From Phycisphaerae bacterium (GTDB lineage Bacteria; Planctomycetota; Phycisphaerae; SM23-33): a stretch of DNA of 64,000 nucleotides. Location: positions 2,965 to 66,964 of the forward strand of contig JAWLCQ010000006.1 in NCBI GenBank assembly GCA_041687095.1. Reading direction: 5' to 3'. Both the position numbers and the translations under genes were made by a program. Of the stretch, positions 44,401 through 53,525 are shown one piece after another. The notes beneath the pieces were generated by a model. It was not told where the DNA came from, made no database searches, and saw only the letters and a program-made list of their open reading frames with translations. Position 1 is the first letter of the stretch; each line of letters starts with the position of its first letter.

Positions 44401-47400
44401 GGAGCGGTCGAACGCCGCCGCCTCCTGCCACCGCGCCTTGCCGCCCCGCAGGGCGATCTGCTTGCGCATGTCGTCCACGCTGCCGGCGTTGACGTTGTAG
44501 GCGGAGGCGACCGTCAGCCCGCCCTTCTGCTGCTCGGACCGTTCGGGGAAGGCGGCCAACTCCTCGTAGTCGCCCGCCAGCATCCCCAGCAGGGCGACCG
44601 AGCGGACCTGGCCGGGGCTCGTCATCTTGATCGACACCTGCTGCATCTCGTGCGAACTCATGGTGTCGACTTCGATGCTCTTGGGCTTCTTGCCGTCCGA
44701 CAGCGAGGACCACGACTCCTTGCGGGTCGAGTTGATCAGCACCGACGGGTCCAGCCCCTCCGCCGTGTCCGACGCCGACGCCTTCGGCAGGGGGATGCCC
44801 GTGGGCACCTGCGCCCGGAACATGGCGCTGTGGGGCTCGGTCTCGGTGAGTTCAAACGACTCGATCACGTCCCCGCTCGACGTCGCGATCCGCACGGTGA
44901 CCTTGTCCTTGCCCATGCTCACGTCGCGGTCGGGGTCGAGCACCTGCACGTACACCGGGCTGCCCGGGCGGACCGTGGTGCCCGACCGCAGCACGTCGAA
45001 GCGGCGGGAGGTTTCCTGGGCCTGGGCGGCGGCCATCTTGCGCTCCAGCGCCCGCTGCTCCTGCTCCTCGCGGGAGAGGATCTCGCCCGAACTCACCGCC
45101 AGCGAACCGTCGGCCTTCACCTCCAGGTTCTTGGGGGGGTAGTTGATCTCGTTGGCCTTCTGGTACTCGGGATCGATGCGGTAGCTGATCACGTCCTCGC
45201 CCAGGATCTCCAGGTTCATGTTCCCCGGGGCGGGCTGGCCGAGCGACGTGGTGATGCTGGCGGTGAACTCGTACTTGTCCGCGGAGCTGGGCAGGAGCTT
45301 GACGTGCTCCTCATCCTTCCCGACGGACGTGCGGACGACCACCGGGACCGCCGCGCCCCCGCGGGCGATGGCGAGGTTGGTGTCGCGGAGCTTCATGGTG
45401 AGCACGCGACCCGGGACGAGGATCGTCCGCAGGCGGGCCTGGCCGATGCGGACCTCGGTGTGCTGCAGCCCGCCCGGGAGGCGGAGGTGCAGCTCGCCCT
45501 CGAGGAAGGCGGCCTCGACGTGGTCGGGGACGCGGTCGAAGACCTTCCTCACGTACTCGTACGCCTCCTTGTACTCCTCCTGGAGGAAGGACATCTTGGC
45601 GTAGAGGTAGTAGGCTTCGGCCTGGACGCGGACGTCCTCATGGTCGACGAGGCGTTCGAGGATCTCATCGGCCGCCCCGTAGTCGGCCATCGTGACGAAC
45701 AGGTCGATCATCGAGTACAGGGCCCTCTGCCCCGCCTGCGTCTTGCTGTAGCGGGGGTTGGAGCGGAGGGACTGGTACTCGAGCTTGGCGGCCTGGAAGT
45801 TCTCCATGGCGCGGTAAATATTGCCCTTGGCGAGGAGGAGGCGGGCGGCGAGTTCGTCGGGGAGGTCCTGCTCGCGGAGCAGGACGGTCATCGCCAGGTC
45901 CAGGGCCTCCTTGAGGCGCTTCTGGGCGGCGAGCTGCTCGATGCACCAGGCGACGTAGTCGGGGTCCAGCGACTCCCAGGCCTTGGGCAGCATGCCGATC
46001 TTGGCCTCGGTGAGTTCCCACGCGCGGACCTCGTTGCCGAAGCTCAACGCCTGGGCGGCCATGTGCAGGTCGTACGTCGGGTCATCGGTGCGGACGGCGA
46101 TGAGGCCGGTGATGGCGCGGGCGGCGCGGGACTTGACGACGGCCATCTGCTTGCGGGCTTTGTCGGGCACGGCGTGCATGCGGTCGAGGGCGGTGATGAA
46201 CGCGAAGGCCATCTCGGACGCCCGGGCCTGCTCCAGCGTGCTGCACAGCGGCTCGATCCGCGAGCGGAGGTTGTAGTCCCAGTCGCCGTGGTCCGGCAGG
46301 TGGCGGGCGTAGGACGGGATGAGCGTGGCGAGGGAGGCCCAGTCGGCCTGGCGGGCGGCGTCGGCGGCGGCGACCTCCAGGGCGTAGACGCGGTGATGCG
46401 GGGCCCCGGAGTACGACGCCCCCGCGGCCAGTGCCTCGGCGAGGGTGCGGCAGAGCTGCATGCCCTGCGCGTTCATGCCCTTCCAGCCCTCGTCGCCCGT
46501 GGTGGCGTACCAGCGGGCGGTGTCGAAGAGCTGCTGGTGCAGCGTCACCCCCGCGAACCCCTCCTGCGCCACCTGCTCCAGCAGCGGGGGGAGGAGTTGG
46601 AACAGCATGTGGTTGCGCTTGCCGCTCTCGTACTGGCCCGCCGCCTCGCGGGCGGGGCCGTCGTGGTAGGCGATCACGCTGCAGGACTCGATCTGCGCCC
46701 GGGCGGGCCGCTTGGACACCAGGTTGCCCAGGTAGGCCTCGTAGAACTTCTGGGCCGCCTCCCCGTGCCCGGAGCGGCGGAGCATGCCGTACACCAGCCC
46801 CTCCGACCAGACGCTGTAGTCCTTCGTGCGGTCGGCGTCGGCGAGGTAGAAGGCCCAGATCGCCTCGGCCGACTTGGGGGAGAGCTTGCGGTCGGACGCG
46901 GCGAGGTTGTAGAGGTTGCTCAGCCAACTGTACGCGCCGGCCGAGGACGAGAAGGCGAACCCCTTCGTCCCCATCAGCACGCCGATCTCGTCGGCCCACT
47001 TCTGCTGGTTGTCGCGGTCGTTGCTCGCCTGGTTGTAGAGGTAGGCCAACGCCCGCTCCCAGCCCATCCTGTCGTAGACGGGGGCGAAGACGCTCTGGGG
47101 GTCCTCCTTGGGATTGCGAGCACTGGCCAGTTCCTGCCAGACCCGCTCATCCCCGGCCGACTTGGCCGCCTGGACCTGCTGGACGTAGTGCTTGGCGAGG
47201 GTGTAGAGCAGCCCGCTGTTGCCCAGTTCGCGGACGCGGCGAGCGGTGCCCTCCCAGTCCGCCCCCAGGCCCATCCGGGGCGCCCAGGTTTCGGCCATCG
47301 CGTAGAACCCGTCGCGGTCGTTCCACATGACCCCGCGGTGACGGGAGTAGATGCGGTACAGCACCCACTCAGGGGCGTCCTTGGGCCCGTCGCCCGCGAA

Positions 47401-49290
47401 GAGCGTGCCCTTGGCCTGGGCGAGGATCTTGGCGACGTCCTCGGGGGCCTTCTTGCGGTGCTTGGCGGCGTCCCAGCTCTCGTGGGCCTCGACGCACAGG
47501 ACCAGCAGCGGGTCGGAGCCCTTGGCGGTCTTGGCGAAGGCCTGCAGGGCCTCGAAGTCCTTCGTGCCCCCGAAGTTCTTGCGGTCGCCGTTGAGTTCGT
47601 TCAGCAGATCCTTCATGGCCTTCGACAGCCCGGCCTTGGCGATGGCGTCCTTCAGGAGGCCCAGGCGAACGGGCATGTCGAGCAGCGGGGAGTACATGAA
47701 GTCGGAGCGGAGCCTGTTGCGGTCGAAGCTGTCGGGGTAGCAGGTCAGGTAGTCGCGGGCGGTGGCGAGGAGGGGTTCCCCGAGCTTCTTGGCGAGGGGA
47801 GCGAAGGCGGCCTCGGCGGCTTTGAGTTCGGCCCCGGCGCCCTGCAGGGCCTTCTGGGCCTCGGCGAGGGCGTTCTTCTCCTTGTCCCCGGCCTTATCGC
47901 TCTTGGCGGCCTTCTGGGCGGTGTCGAAGCGGGCCTGGGCGTTGTCGGCCTTGGTGCGGGCGTCGGCGACGGCCTTGTAGGCGTCCTGGGCGAGGCGGTT
48001 GTACCAGTCCATGACGGCGACGCGGTAGCTCAGGACGGTCCCGAAGTGCTGGCCCTTGCTGACGGCGGCGAGCTGCTTGTCGAGTTCCTTGCCCTCGGTG
48101 AGCTGCACCCAGTCGCGGAGGTCGTCGGTGCTCATCGCGTCGGGGTGCCTGGCGAGGAAGGCGATGCGGACGGGGGCGTCCTTGAGGTACGCCGTCTGGA
48201 TGCTGCGCAGGCGGGGCTGCAGGGTGCGGGGGCTGTCGGCGTATTTGGCCTTGAGGGCGTCGAACTTCTTCTGGATGTCCGCGTCGCTGACCAGTTCCTG
48301 GCCCTCGACGTGGAAGACCGGGGCGTTTTCGGTGATGACGGAGACGAAGCGGTAGTAGTCCCCGCGGTCTTTGGAGTCGGCGTAGAGCTTCTCGTGGGCG
48401 AGGAACTTCTTGGCCAGGTCGAGCTTGGCGGCATCGGGGGCGACGTCCTTGAGCAGCGCGAACTGCCCGACGAGGTAGTCCGGGAGCGGAGCGGCGGCGA
48501 CCTGCTGGATCTCCAGCAGCAGCGCGATCAGCTCGGGCTTGGGCAGGGTGTCGTCGGCGGCTTGGTAGACGCGCCACAGGGCCTCGTAGTCGGAGGGGCG
48601 GCCCTTGGCCATGACGCGGAGGGTGGCGACGTAGCGTTCCTCGGGGGAGCGGCCGAGGGCGGCGGTTCCGGCGGCGTCGGCGAGGCGGCGGTGCACGTGG
48701 TGGACGCGTGCGGGGGCGGGGAACGTCTCGATGAGGAGGGCGGCGACGCGGCGGGACTGGTCGCCCCCGAGCCCGTCGAGCAGGCGGTCGAGGGTGGCGG
48801 TTCCGAGGGACCAGGCGGCATCGGTGGGCCCGTAGAGGGCGATGTACTTCTGGAGGACGTCGGGATGGGCCCCCTCGCGCAGCAGGTAGTGCATGGCCTG
48901 GCGGAGTTCGGGCGTCGCCTTGGGCTGGTTCTGGACGTAGTAGAGGTACTTGCCCAGGGCGTCGCGGTACTCGGCGGCTTGGGCGGCGAGGGTGGCGGCC
49001 TGGTACACCAGGGCCAGGTCCTTCCCGCCGGCGGCATCGAGGAGGGCGTTGGCCCGCTGGTAGGCGGTGACGTAGCGCCCATCGGCGACGGCGGCCTGGA
49101 GGGAAAGCTCCAGGGCCTCCTTCGGGGGGGCCTTCTGGGTCAGCAGCTTGTCCAGGGCCGCGTCGACCTGGCCGAACTTCTTCTCCTGGATCAGTTTCTG
49201 TGCATCCTCGATGGGCCCGCCGAATACGGCATCAGACGCCCACGCACCCAGGAGCAGCATCGCCAGACAGGCAGTTGCGAACTTTCTCAT
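41455..49290 (-). CDS. Giant secreted protein (2611 aa): N-terminal alpha-helical/TPR-like region, central array of Asp-rich beta-sandwich-like modules, C-terminal TPR domain
   Basis: It has a signal peptide 'MRKFATACLAMLLLGAWASDAVFG' and RBS AAGGTGA. Repeated modules read 'VQVLDPDRDV...TETEPHSAMFRAQV', 'IRVVDYDLDLTDERDVVEIEV...LETGQH...GTFMAV' and 'VQVTDPDSDVSDARDELTVV...LSETLPHSGVFTGSF'. The C-terminal TPRs include 'YKRGRYDTAGEVFFKF...'. GC3 is high throughout. The antisense ORF 41443-49530 is spurious. Confidence 0.8.
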   Translation of the reverse strand: MRKFATACLAMLLLGAWASDAVFGGPIEDAQKLIQEKKFGQVDAALDKLLTQKAPPKEALELSLQAAVADGRYVTAYQRANALLDAAGGKDLALVYQAATLAAQAAEYRDALGKYLYYVQNQPKATPELRQAMHYLLREGAHPDVLQKYIALYGPTDAAWSLGTATLDRLLDGLGGDQSRRVAALLIETFPAPARVHHVHRRLADAAGTAALGRSPEERYVATLRVMAKGRPSDYEALWRVYQAADDTLPKPELIALLLEIQQVAAAPLPDYLVGQFALLKDVAPDAAKLDLAKKFLAHEKLYADSKDRGDYYRFVSVITENAPVFHVEGQELVSDADIQKKFDALKAKYADSPRTLQPRLRSIQTAYLKDAPVRIAFLARHPDAMSTDDLRDWVQLTEGKELDKQLAAVSKGQHFGTVLSYRVAVMDWYNRLAQDAYKAVADARTKADNAQARFDTAQKAAKSDKAGDKEKNALAEAQKALQGAGAELKAAEAAFAPLAKKLGEPLLATARDYLTCYPDSFDRNRLRSDFMYSPLLDMPVRLGLLKDAIAKAGLSKAMKDLLNELNGDRKNFGGTKDFEALQAFAKTAKGSDPLLVLCVEAHESWDAAKHRKKAPEDVAKILAQAKGTLFAGDGPKDAPEWVLYRIYSRHRGVMWNDRDGFYAMAETWAPRMGLGADWEGTARRVRELGNSGLLYTLAKHYVQQVQAAKSAGDERVWQELASARNPKEDPQSVFAPVYDRMGWERALAYLYNQASNDRDNQQKWADEIGVLMGTKGFAFSSSAGAYSWLSNLYNLAASDRKLSPKSAEAIWAFYLADADRTKDYSVWSEGLVYGMLRRSGHGEAAQKFYEAYLGNLVSKRPARAQIESCSVIAYHDGPAREAAGQYESGKRNHMLFQLLPPLLEQVAQEGFAGVTLHQQLFDTARWYATTGDEGWKGMNAQGMQLCRTLAEALAAGASYSGAPHHRVYALEVAAADAARQADWASLATLIPSYARHLPDHGDWDYNLRSRIEPLCSTLEQARASEMAFAFITALDRMHAVPDKARKQMAVVKSRAARAITGLIAVRTDDPTYDLHMAAQALSFGNEVRAWELTEAKIGMLPKAWESLDPDYVAWCIEQLAAQKRLKEALDLAMTVLLREQDLPDELAARLLLAKGNIYRAMENFQAAKLEYQSLRSNPRYSKTQAGQRALYSMIDLFVTMADYGAADEILERLVDHEDVRVQAEAYYLYAKMSFLQEEYKEAYEYVRKVFDRVPDHVEAAFLEGELHLRLPGGLQHTEVRIGQARLRTILVPGRVLTMKLRDTNLAIARGGAAVPVVVRTSVGKDEEHVKLLPSSADKYEFTASITTSLGQPAPGNMNLEILGEDVISYRIDPEYQKANEINYPPKNLEVKADGSLAVSSGEILSREEQEQRALERKMAAAQAQETSRRFDVLRSGTTVRPGSPVYVQVLDPDRDVSMGKDKVTVRIATSSGDVIESFELTETEPHSAMFRAQVPTGIPLPKASASDTAEGLDPSVLINSTRKESWSSLSDGKKPKSIEVDTMSSHEMQQVSIKMTSPGQVRSVALLGMLAGDYEELAAFPERSEQQKGGLTVASAYNVNAGSVDDMRKQIALRGGKARWQEAAAFDRSATDYKDRQGWMVSQMSGVFWLPEDQAVEFKFVQPLSPHNWQHAFLLIDGQMYLGGNMTKDTIGWTRRVFLAKGAHRLEVLVADQHAKSQAVVGYMKDDGTFAPLPAEWFSVAANPGLAEYLKPKGKITMTDDGFTAVLAEPTRLRKVQWVFEDFTGNAVEASEIAILDSHGRPVVPVEKDFTAGRTNDSLEIAPGDTITVTYVDEKRVSVGSPELTSTLKASYYNGEIELAYEDIDERTKQSIFHPAKRFRVGDQLMIRVVDYDLDLTDERDVVEIEVTTGSGERLVLKALETGQHGQHNHAGTFMAVLRTGEQTGGDQIKVRQDDIIKVAYLDKENTAPGVPIQREYEVMEAGQATPRPLVYRTSVTQEKDTSDEAARKAERIKQKLALPEDPVVFKDVVIATHPEYSPQGKSAAPAPQPAGTPEDPIRCSVIAPILFEVNYPTLALHAGSHWAATAVAQSELDAAREENREARIVAVPLSIGTADGLARAKGYDVRVQSHFRADAESMLSAGTFAGVIRLQMGSPGDEVDDVIVTTDGLVPRTEDELKKIATLVVCGSDVVHVTVEDAITKERHTRSIRLLSDGRLELLDPSYTIVKNAIHLGEKFFVQVTDPDSDVSDARDELTVVARSGVGDQLTLTLSETLPHSGVFTGSFEPVYVGEKKERLDPKDDVLSVGFGDQVTFTYVDRISLASDAERTVEGTGSIFFGANAEVAVFTKLFTDPEMAVKTRFLMAEALFEVAKEHRKLGKEDLASEELAQGKRILEEALADYPNTTLASQGEYLLANLAQELANFDEAIARYANVITTWGASEYASRSQLQKAICYESLENYDAACEEYVKLTYIYPESPLVANAVVRLGNYYYKRGRYDTAGEVFFKFQDRNPQHKLASRALFLSGQCFYKMNDFKTAAERFALLVETYPDDREIRPEAMYWLGESYFNARNYQFAYQSFKKLTWDYPEDKWAKIARGRLTERAFSEME

Positions 49291-49660
49291 GACTCGCTCA
49301 CCTTTTCTCGTTCCGGACCGTCCGTTTTACTTGGATCGGGAGAGTCTTCCAGTATGGCACAAACCCGCCCGCGTTCGTGCGGGCATTTGCCTTCCGTTGT
49401 CCTTAGGTTCAACCGCAAGCACCCGCCAGGGTTCCGAACCCAGGGAACCGCTTCTCCAAGTCCCGGGCTCCCCGGTCCCGGCCCCACAGGGCCGCACCGG
49501 ACGCAACGGGACCAACACGTCCCCCTATGAACCCCGCGGGCTGGACAAGGTTGCGTGAATTCCCGAGGCGCCTTTCCCCGCATGGGGTTTGACATCCGCA
49601 TCCCAAACGGGTACCAACCCTTCGACACACTCCGCAGATGGACCGAAAGGAACCGCAGAC

Positions 49661-50632
49661 ATGGCCGACTCCCGCATCCCCACCACACGCATCGCCCCCT
49701 CCCCCCGCCCGCACGGCGTCCTGGCCTTGGGCTGCTGGCAGTTCGGGGCCGACTACTGGGCCCACCAGTCCGACCCCGACTCCCTCGCCGCCATGGCCGC
49801 CGCCCTCGATGCGGGCATGAACCACTTCGACACCGCCGAAGGGTACGGCCGCGAGGCGCACTCGGAGAAGCTCGTCGGGCAGTTCCTCCAGGGCAAGCGT
49901 GATCGTGTGTTCCTGGCGACCAAGCTGTTCCCCAACGAACTCGACCCCGCCGCCACCCTCCGCAAGGTCGACGCCTCCCGCCAGCGCCTGGGCGTGGACG
50001 TGGTGGACCTGTTCTACATCCATTGGCCGCGGCAGGGGCAGGACATCCGCCCCGTCATGGAGGGCCTGGAGACCGCCCGCCAACAGGGCAAGATCCACGC
50101 CATCGGGGTCAGCAACTTCTCCGTCGCCGACATGGAGCAGGCCTCCGAGGCCGGGCGCATCGACGCCCACCAGCTCTGCTACAACCTCTTCTGGCGGGTC
50201 CACGAGACGGACGTCATCCCCTGGTGCAACGCCCACAACATCGCCGTCGTCACCTACAGCTCCATCGCCCAGGGCGTCCTCACCGGCAAGTTCCCCCGCG
50301 AGGTCTCCTTCCCCGAGGGCGACGGGCGGAAGAAGATCGCCTACTTCCGCGAGGGCGTCTGGCCGCACGTGCATGCGGGCGTCGAGCAGCTCAAGGCCCT
50401 CGCCACCGAACTGAACCGCCCCCTGGTGGACCTGGCCATCCGCTGGGTCGTCCAGCGCCCGGACATCGACGAGGTCATCGTCGGATCCCGCAACGCCGGG
50501 CAGGTGGCGGCCAACGCCGCCGCCTTCGACGGCGAAATCCCTCAGAGCGCTCTGGACCGGATGACCGCCATCAGCGACGATGTCATCCGGCGCCTCCCGC
50601 AGGACGACAACCTGTGGGGGTTCCATCCGTAG
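49661..50632 (+). CDS. Aldo/keto reductase family oxidoreductase
   Basis: It has 'GCWQFG', 'FDTAEGYGREAHSEKLVGQ', 'IGVSNF' and 'NRPLVDLAIRWV'. It starts at the ATG at 49661, with AAAGG upstream. Confidence 0.85.
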   Translation: MADSRIPTTRIAPSPRPHGVLALGCWQFGADYWAHQSDPDSLAAMAAALDAGMNHFDTAEGYGREAHSEKLVGQFLQGKRDRVFLATKLFPNELDPAATLRKVDASRQRLGVDVVDLFYIHWPRQGQDIRPVMEGLETARQQGKIHAIGVSNFSVADMEQASEAGRIDAHQLCYNLFWRVHETDVIPWCNAHNIAVVTYSSIAQGVLTGKFPREVSFPEGDGRKKIAYFREGVWPHVHAGVEQLKALATELNRPLVDLAIRWVVQRPDIDEVIVGSRNAGQVAANAAAFDGEIPQSALDRMTAISDDVIRRLPQDDNLWGFHP

Positions 50633-50650
50633 GCCGCTTTCACGCCTTCG

Positions 50651-50885
50651 CAAACAGCGGCGAAGGCGTGAAGAGTGAGACTGCGTCGCAAGTGCTGTGG
50701 AGTGCGGTGCTTCAGCACCGCTTTGCACCCACGCGCATGTGTCCTGTGGAAGATTCCTCCGCACACCGAGCTTTGAAAACCTGTCAACGGCAGAGCCCCT
50801 GTCCATGAGACCGTTCAGCAGAGTCGGGCGTTCGCACTTGATCGACGTCCAGCGGAAAGCGGTGCTGAAGCACCGCACTCCATAG
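50651..50885. repeat. Structured noncoding element: hairpin CACGCCTTCGC..GCGAAGGCGTG (50651-50683) plus a 23-bp IR pair GGAGTGCGGTGCTTCAGCACCGC (50700-50722) / GCGGTGCTGAAGCACCGCACTCC (50860-50882)
   Basis: It is read directly from the sequence. Each IR arm is itself palindromic. The first hairpin is a near-copy of 3491-3525. Confidence 0.5.
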
Positions 50886-50992
50886 GGATTGCCTCCAAGT
50901 CCCGCGCACGCGCACGCAAAGCACGGTATACTGCTCTCCCCCTCCGGCGGCGATGTCCCCCCGCCCGAGGGGCAATCGATAAGGAGACGCAC

Positions 50993-53224
50993 GTGAGCAA
51001 CGAGTTCGTTACGCCTTCCTCGAAGGACTGGCTGCTGGTCGAGGACGCCTTCGACAAGGACGCCGCCGCGAAGTTCGAGACCCTCTTCACGCTCGCCAAC
51101 GGCTACGCGGGCCTGCGCGGATCCGCCGAGGTCACGCCCGATCTGGGCGATGCGGGCTACTTCGTCGCGGGCGTGTTCGGCAACACGGGGGGGTTCGGCC
51201 ATGAGATCGTGAACCTGCCGACCTGGGCGGGCGTGTCGGGCAACATGGACGGGTTCGACTACGACCTCCACAAGGGCGCCGTCCTCGCCTACCGCCGCAC
51301 GCTCGACATGCGCCAGGGCCTCCTGTTCACGTCCATCGACTACCGCGACGGCGCCAAGCACACCACCCGCTGGGAATCCGCCCGCCTGGTGCACAAGACG
51401 CGCAAGCACCTCGCCCTCCTGTGGGGCCGCGTCACGCCCCTGGACTTCTCCGGGCGGCTGACCGTGTCGCAGGCCATCGACGCCCACTCCGTCAAGTACG
51501 CCTCCTCCTCGCACCGCAGCCACTGGGGCGAGCTGCGCCCGCTGGACCTGGGCGAGGCGGGGATCGCCATGGACCTCACCCTCGCCAAGACCGGCATCCG
51601 CGTGGTCGAGCTGTCGCAGCTCCGCGTCGCCGGGGCGCAGAAGCGGTCCGTCACGCTCGACGACGACCGCGTCCGCGAGTCGTTCGTCTGCGACATGAAG
51701 CAGGGCCAGCCCGTCACCTGGGAGAAGCGGTTCGCCTGCGTCACCTCCCGCGACGCCGCCGACCCCCTCGCCGCCGCCCGCGAGGAACTGGCGAGCACGG
51801 GCAAGAAGACCATCGTCGCCCTGTGCAAGGAGCACACCAAGGCGTGGGAGAAGGTCTGGGACGTCTCGGACGTCGTCATCGAGGGCGACGCTCGCGCCCA
51901 GCAGGCCATCCGCTTCAACACCTTCCATCTCGCCTCCCTCGCCGCCCCCGAGGACGAGCACGTTTCCATCGGCGCCAAGGGCCTGCACGGAACGGGCTAC
52001 CGCGGGTGCGTGTTCTGGGACACCGAGACCTACATGGTCCCCTTCTTCACCTTCACCGACCCCGCCTCCGCCCGCGCGCTGCTGATGTACCGCTACCACC
52101 TGCTCCCCGACGCCATCGAGAACGCCAGGGCCTCCGGGCTCGCGGGCGCCCGCATTCCGTGGAACGCCACCCTCACCGCCCGCGAGGGCATGGGCTTCGG
52201 GTGGCAGGACCACCAGACGGGCGACTTGGCGTACGCGGTCGACCAGTACATCACCGCGACGGGGGACCGCGAGTTCTACCTCGGCCGCCAGGGCCCCGCC
52301 GGGGCCTTCGCCGCCCCCGGGGCGGAGATGATCATCGAAACCGCCCGCTTCTGGGCGACGCGGGGCGAGTACGACGAGAGCGGCCGCTACAACATCCGCC
52401 GCATCTGCGGGCCCGACGAGATCCACGGCGGGATCAACAACAACACCTACACCAACTACCTCGCCGCCTGGAACCTCCGCCGCGCCGTGACCGCGATGTC
52501 CGACGCCCGCTCCGCCGGCGTCGCCGACCAGCTCGCCGCGAAACTCCACGTCACCGACGAGGAAGTCGCCCGCTGGGCGAAGATCGCCGACGACATGGTC
52601 CTGCCCTACAGCGAGCAGCGCGGCTTCCACGAGCAGTTCGAGGGCTTCTTCCAGCTCGCCGAGCCCGTCATCGACCCCCACCGCACGCAGAACGAGTACA
52701 CCGGGCCCGTCCTGCACTCCTACCGCCCCACCCAGGGCGCCAAGCAGGCGGACACGGTCCTCATGTACTACCTCTGGCCCCACGCGTTCGACGACAAGAC
52801 CCGCCGCACCGCGTACAAGTACTACGAGCCCCGCTGCACGCACTGCTCGTCGCTCTCCCGCGGCGCCCACGCCGTCCTCGCCGCGCAGATCGGCCTGACG
52901 GGCGAGGCCTACCGCCTCTGGCTGCGCGGGGCGGAGCTGGACTACGGCGAGTTCGCCGAGTGCGACAGCGGGATCCACGCGGCGTCGCTGGGCGGGGCGT
53001 GGCAGGGCGTGATCATGGGCTTCGCGGGCTTCACGATCCGCGACGGGCTCCCCAGCTTCACCCCCCACCTGCCCGCGAAGTGGAAGAGCCTCCGCTTCAC
53101 CGTCCGCTGGGGCAAGACGCTCCTGGACGTCTCCGCGACCCCCAAGCAGGTCACCGTCCGTCCGCGCAAGGGCAGCGTACAGGCGTACGTGGACGGGGAG
53201 ATGAAGAAACTCAGCGCGAAGTAG
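50993..53224 (+). CDS. Glycoside hydrolase family 65 phosphorylase (kojibiose/trehalose/maltose phosphorylase-like)
   Basis: It has a GH65 N-terminus 'FETLFTLANGYAGLRGSAEV', a central 'FWDTETYMVPFF' and an (alpha/alpha)6 region. The start is the GTG at 50993, with AAGGAG 6 bp upstream. The antisense ORF 49409-53068 is spurious. Confidence 0.85.
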   Translation: MSNEFVTPSSKDWLLVEDAFDKDAAAKFETLFTLANGYAGLRGSAEVTPDLGDAGYFVAGVFGNTGGFGHEIVNLPTWAGVSGNMDGFDYDLHKGAVLAYRRTLDMRQGLLFTSIDYRDGAKHTTRWESARLVHKTRKHLALLWGRVTPLDFSGRLTVSQAIDAHSVKYASSSHRSHWGELRPLDLGEAGIAMDLTLAKTGIRVVELSQLRVAGAQKRSVTLDDDRVRESFVCDMKQGQPVTWEKRFACVTSRDAADPLAAAREELASTGKKTIVALCKEHTKAWEKVWDVSDVVIEGDARAQQAIRFNTFHLASLAAPEDEHVSIGAKGLHGTGYRGCVFWDTETYMVPFFTFTDPASARALLMYRYHLLPDAIENARASGLAGARIPWNATLTAREGMGFGWQDHQTGDLAYAVDQYITATGDREFYLGRQGPAGAFAAPGAEMIIETARFWATRGEYDESGRYNIRRICGPDEIHGGINNNTYTNYLAAWNLRRAVTAMSDARSAGVADQLAAKLHVTDEEVARWAKIADDMVLPYSEQRGFHEQFEGFFQLAEPVIDPHRTQNEYTGPVLHSYRPTQGAKQADTVLMYYLWPHAFDDKTRRTAYKYYEPRCTHCSSLSRGAHAVLAAQIGLTGEAYRLWLRGAELDYGEFAECDSGIHAASLGGAWQGVIMGFAGFTIRDGLPSFTPHLPAKWKSLRFTVRWGKTLLDVSATPKQVTVRPRKGSVQAYVDGEMKKLSAK

Positions 53225-53291
53225 CGGAGCACAGAACGAGTCCCGATCCCTGACGCCCTCCGACTGCCCTGGGGAGGTGGCCCGGTATGAC

Positions 53292-53312
53292 CCGCAGAGA
53301 CCTGCGGTTTTT
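53292..53312 (+). terminator. Candidate intrinsic terminator (CCGCAG-AGAC-CTGCGG followed by TTTTT) 68 bp after the GH65 stop
   Basis: It has a 6-bp GC stem, a 4-nt loop and a T5 run. A second hairpin CCCCCCGAC-GCA-GTCGGGGGG lies at 53322-53342, and a long-range IR CCGTTTAGCGGCGG / CCGCCGCTAAACAC at 53380-53470. Confidence 0.45.
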
Positions 53313-53525
53313 CCGGGTCACCCCCCCGACGCAGTCGGGGGGCGTTGTCTTGCGCGGGTTTGCGGGAGACGAGACGCGTTTTCCGTTTAGCGGCGGTCGG
53401 TACGACCGCCCCGGGCGCTGCAGGATCTCCCGACCGGAGGCGGGCGTTCCGCCCGCCGCTAAACACAGAGACCAAAGAAGTTGACTGCTGATCGCTGATT
53501 GCTGAACGCTGATCGCTGATCGCTG

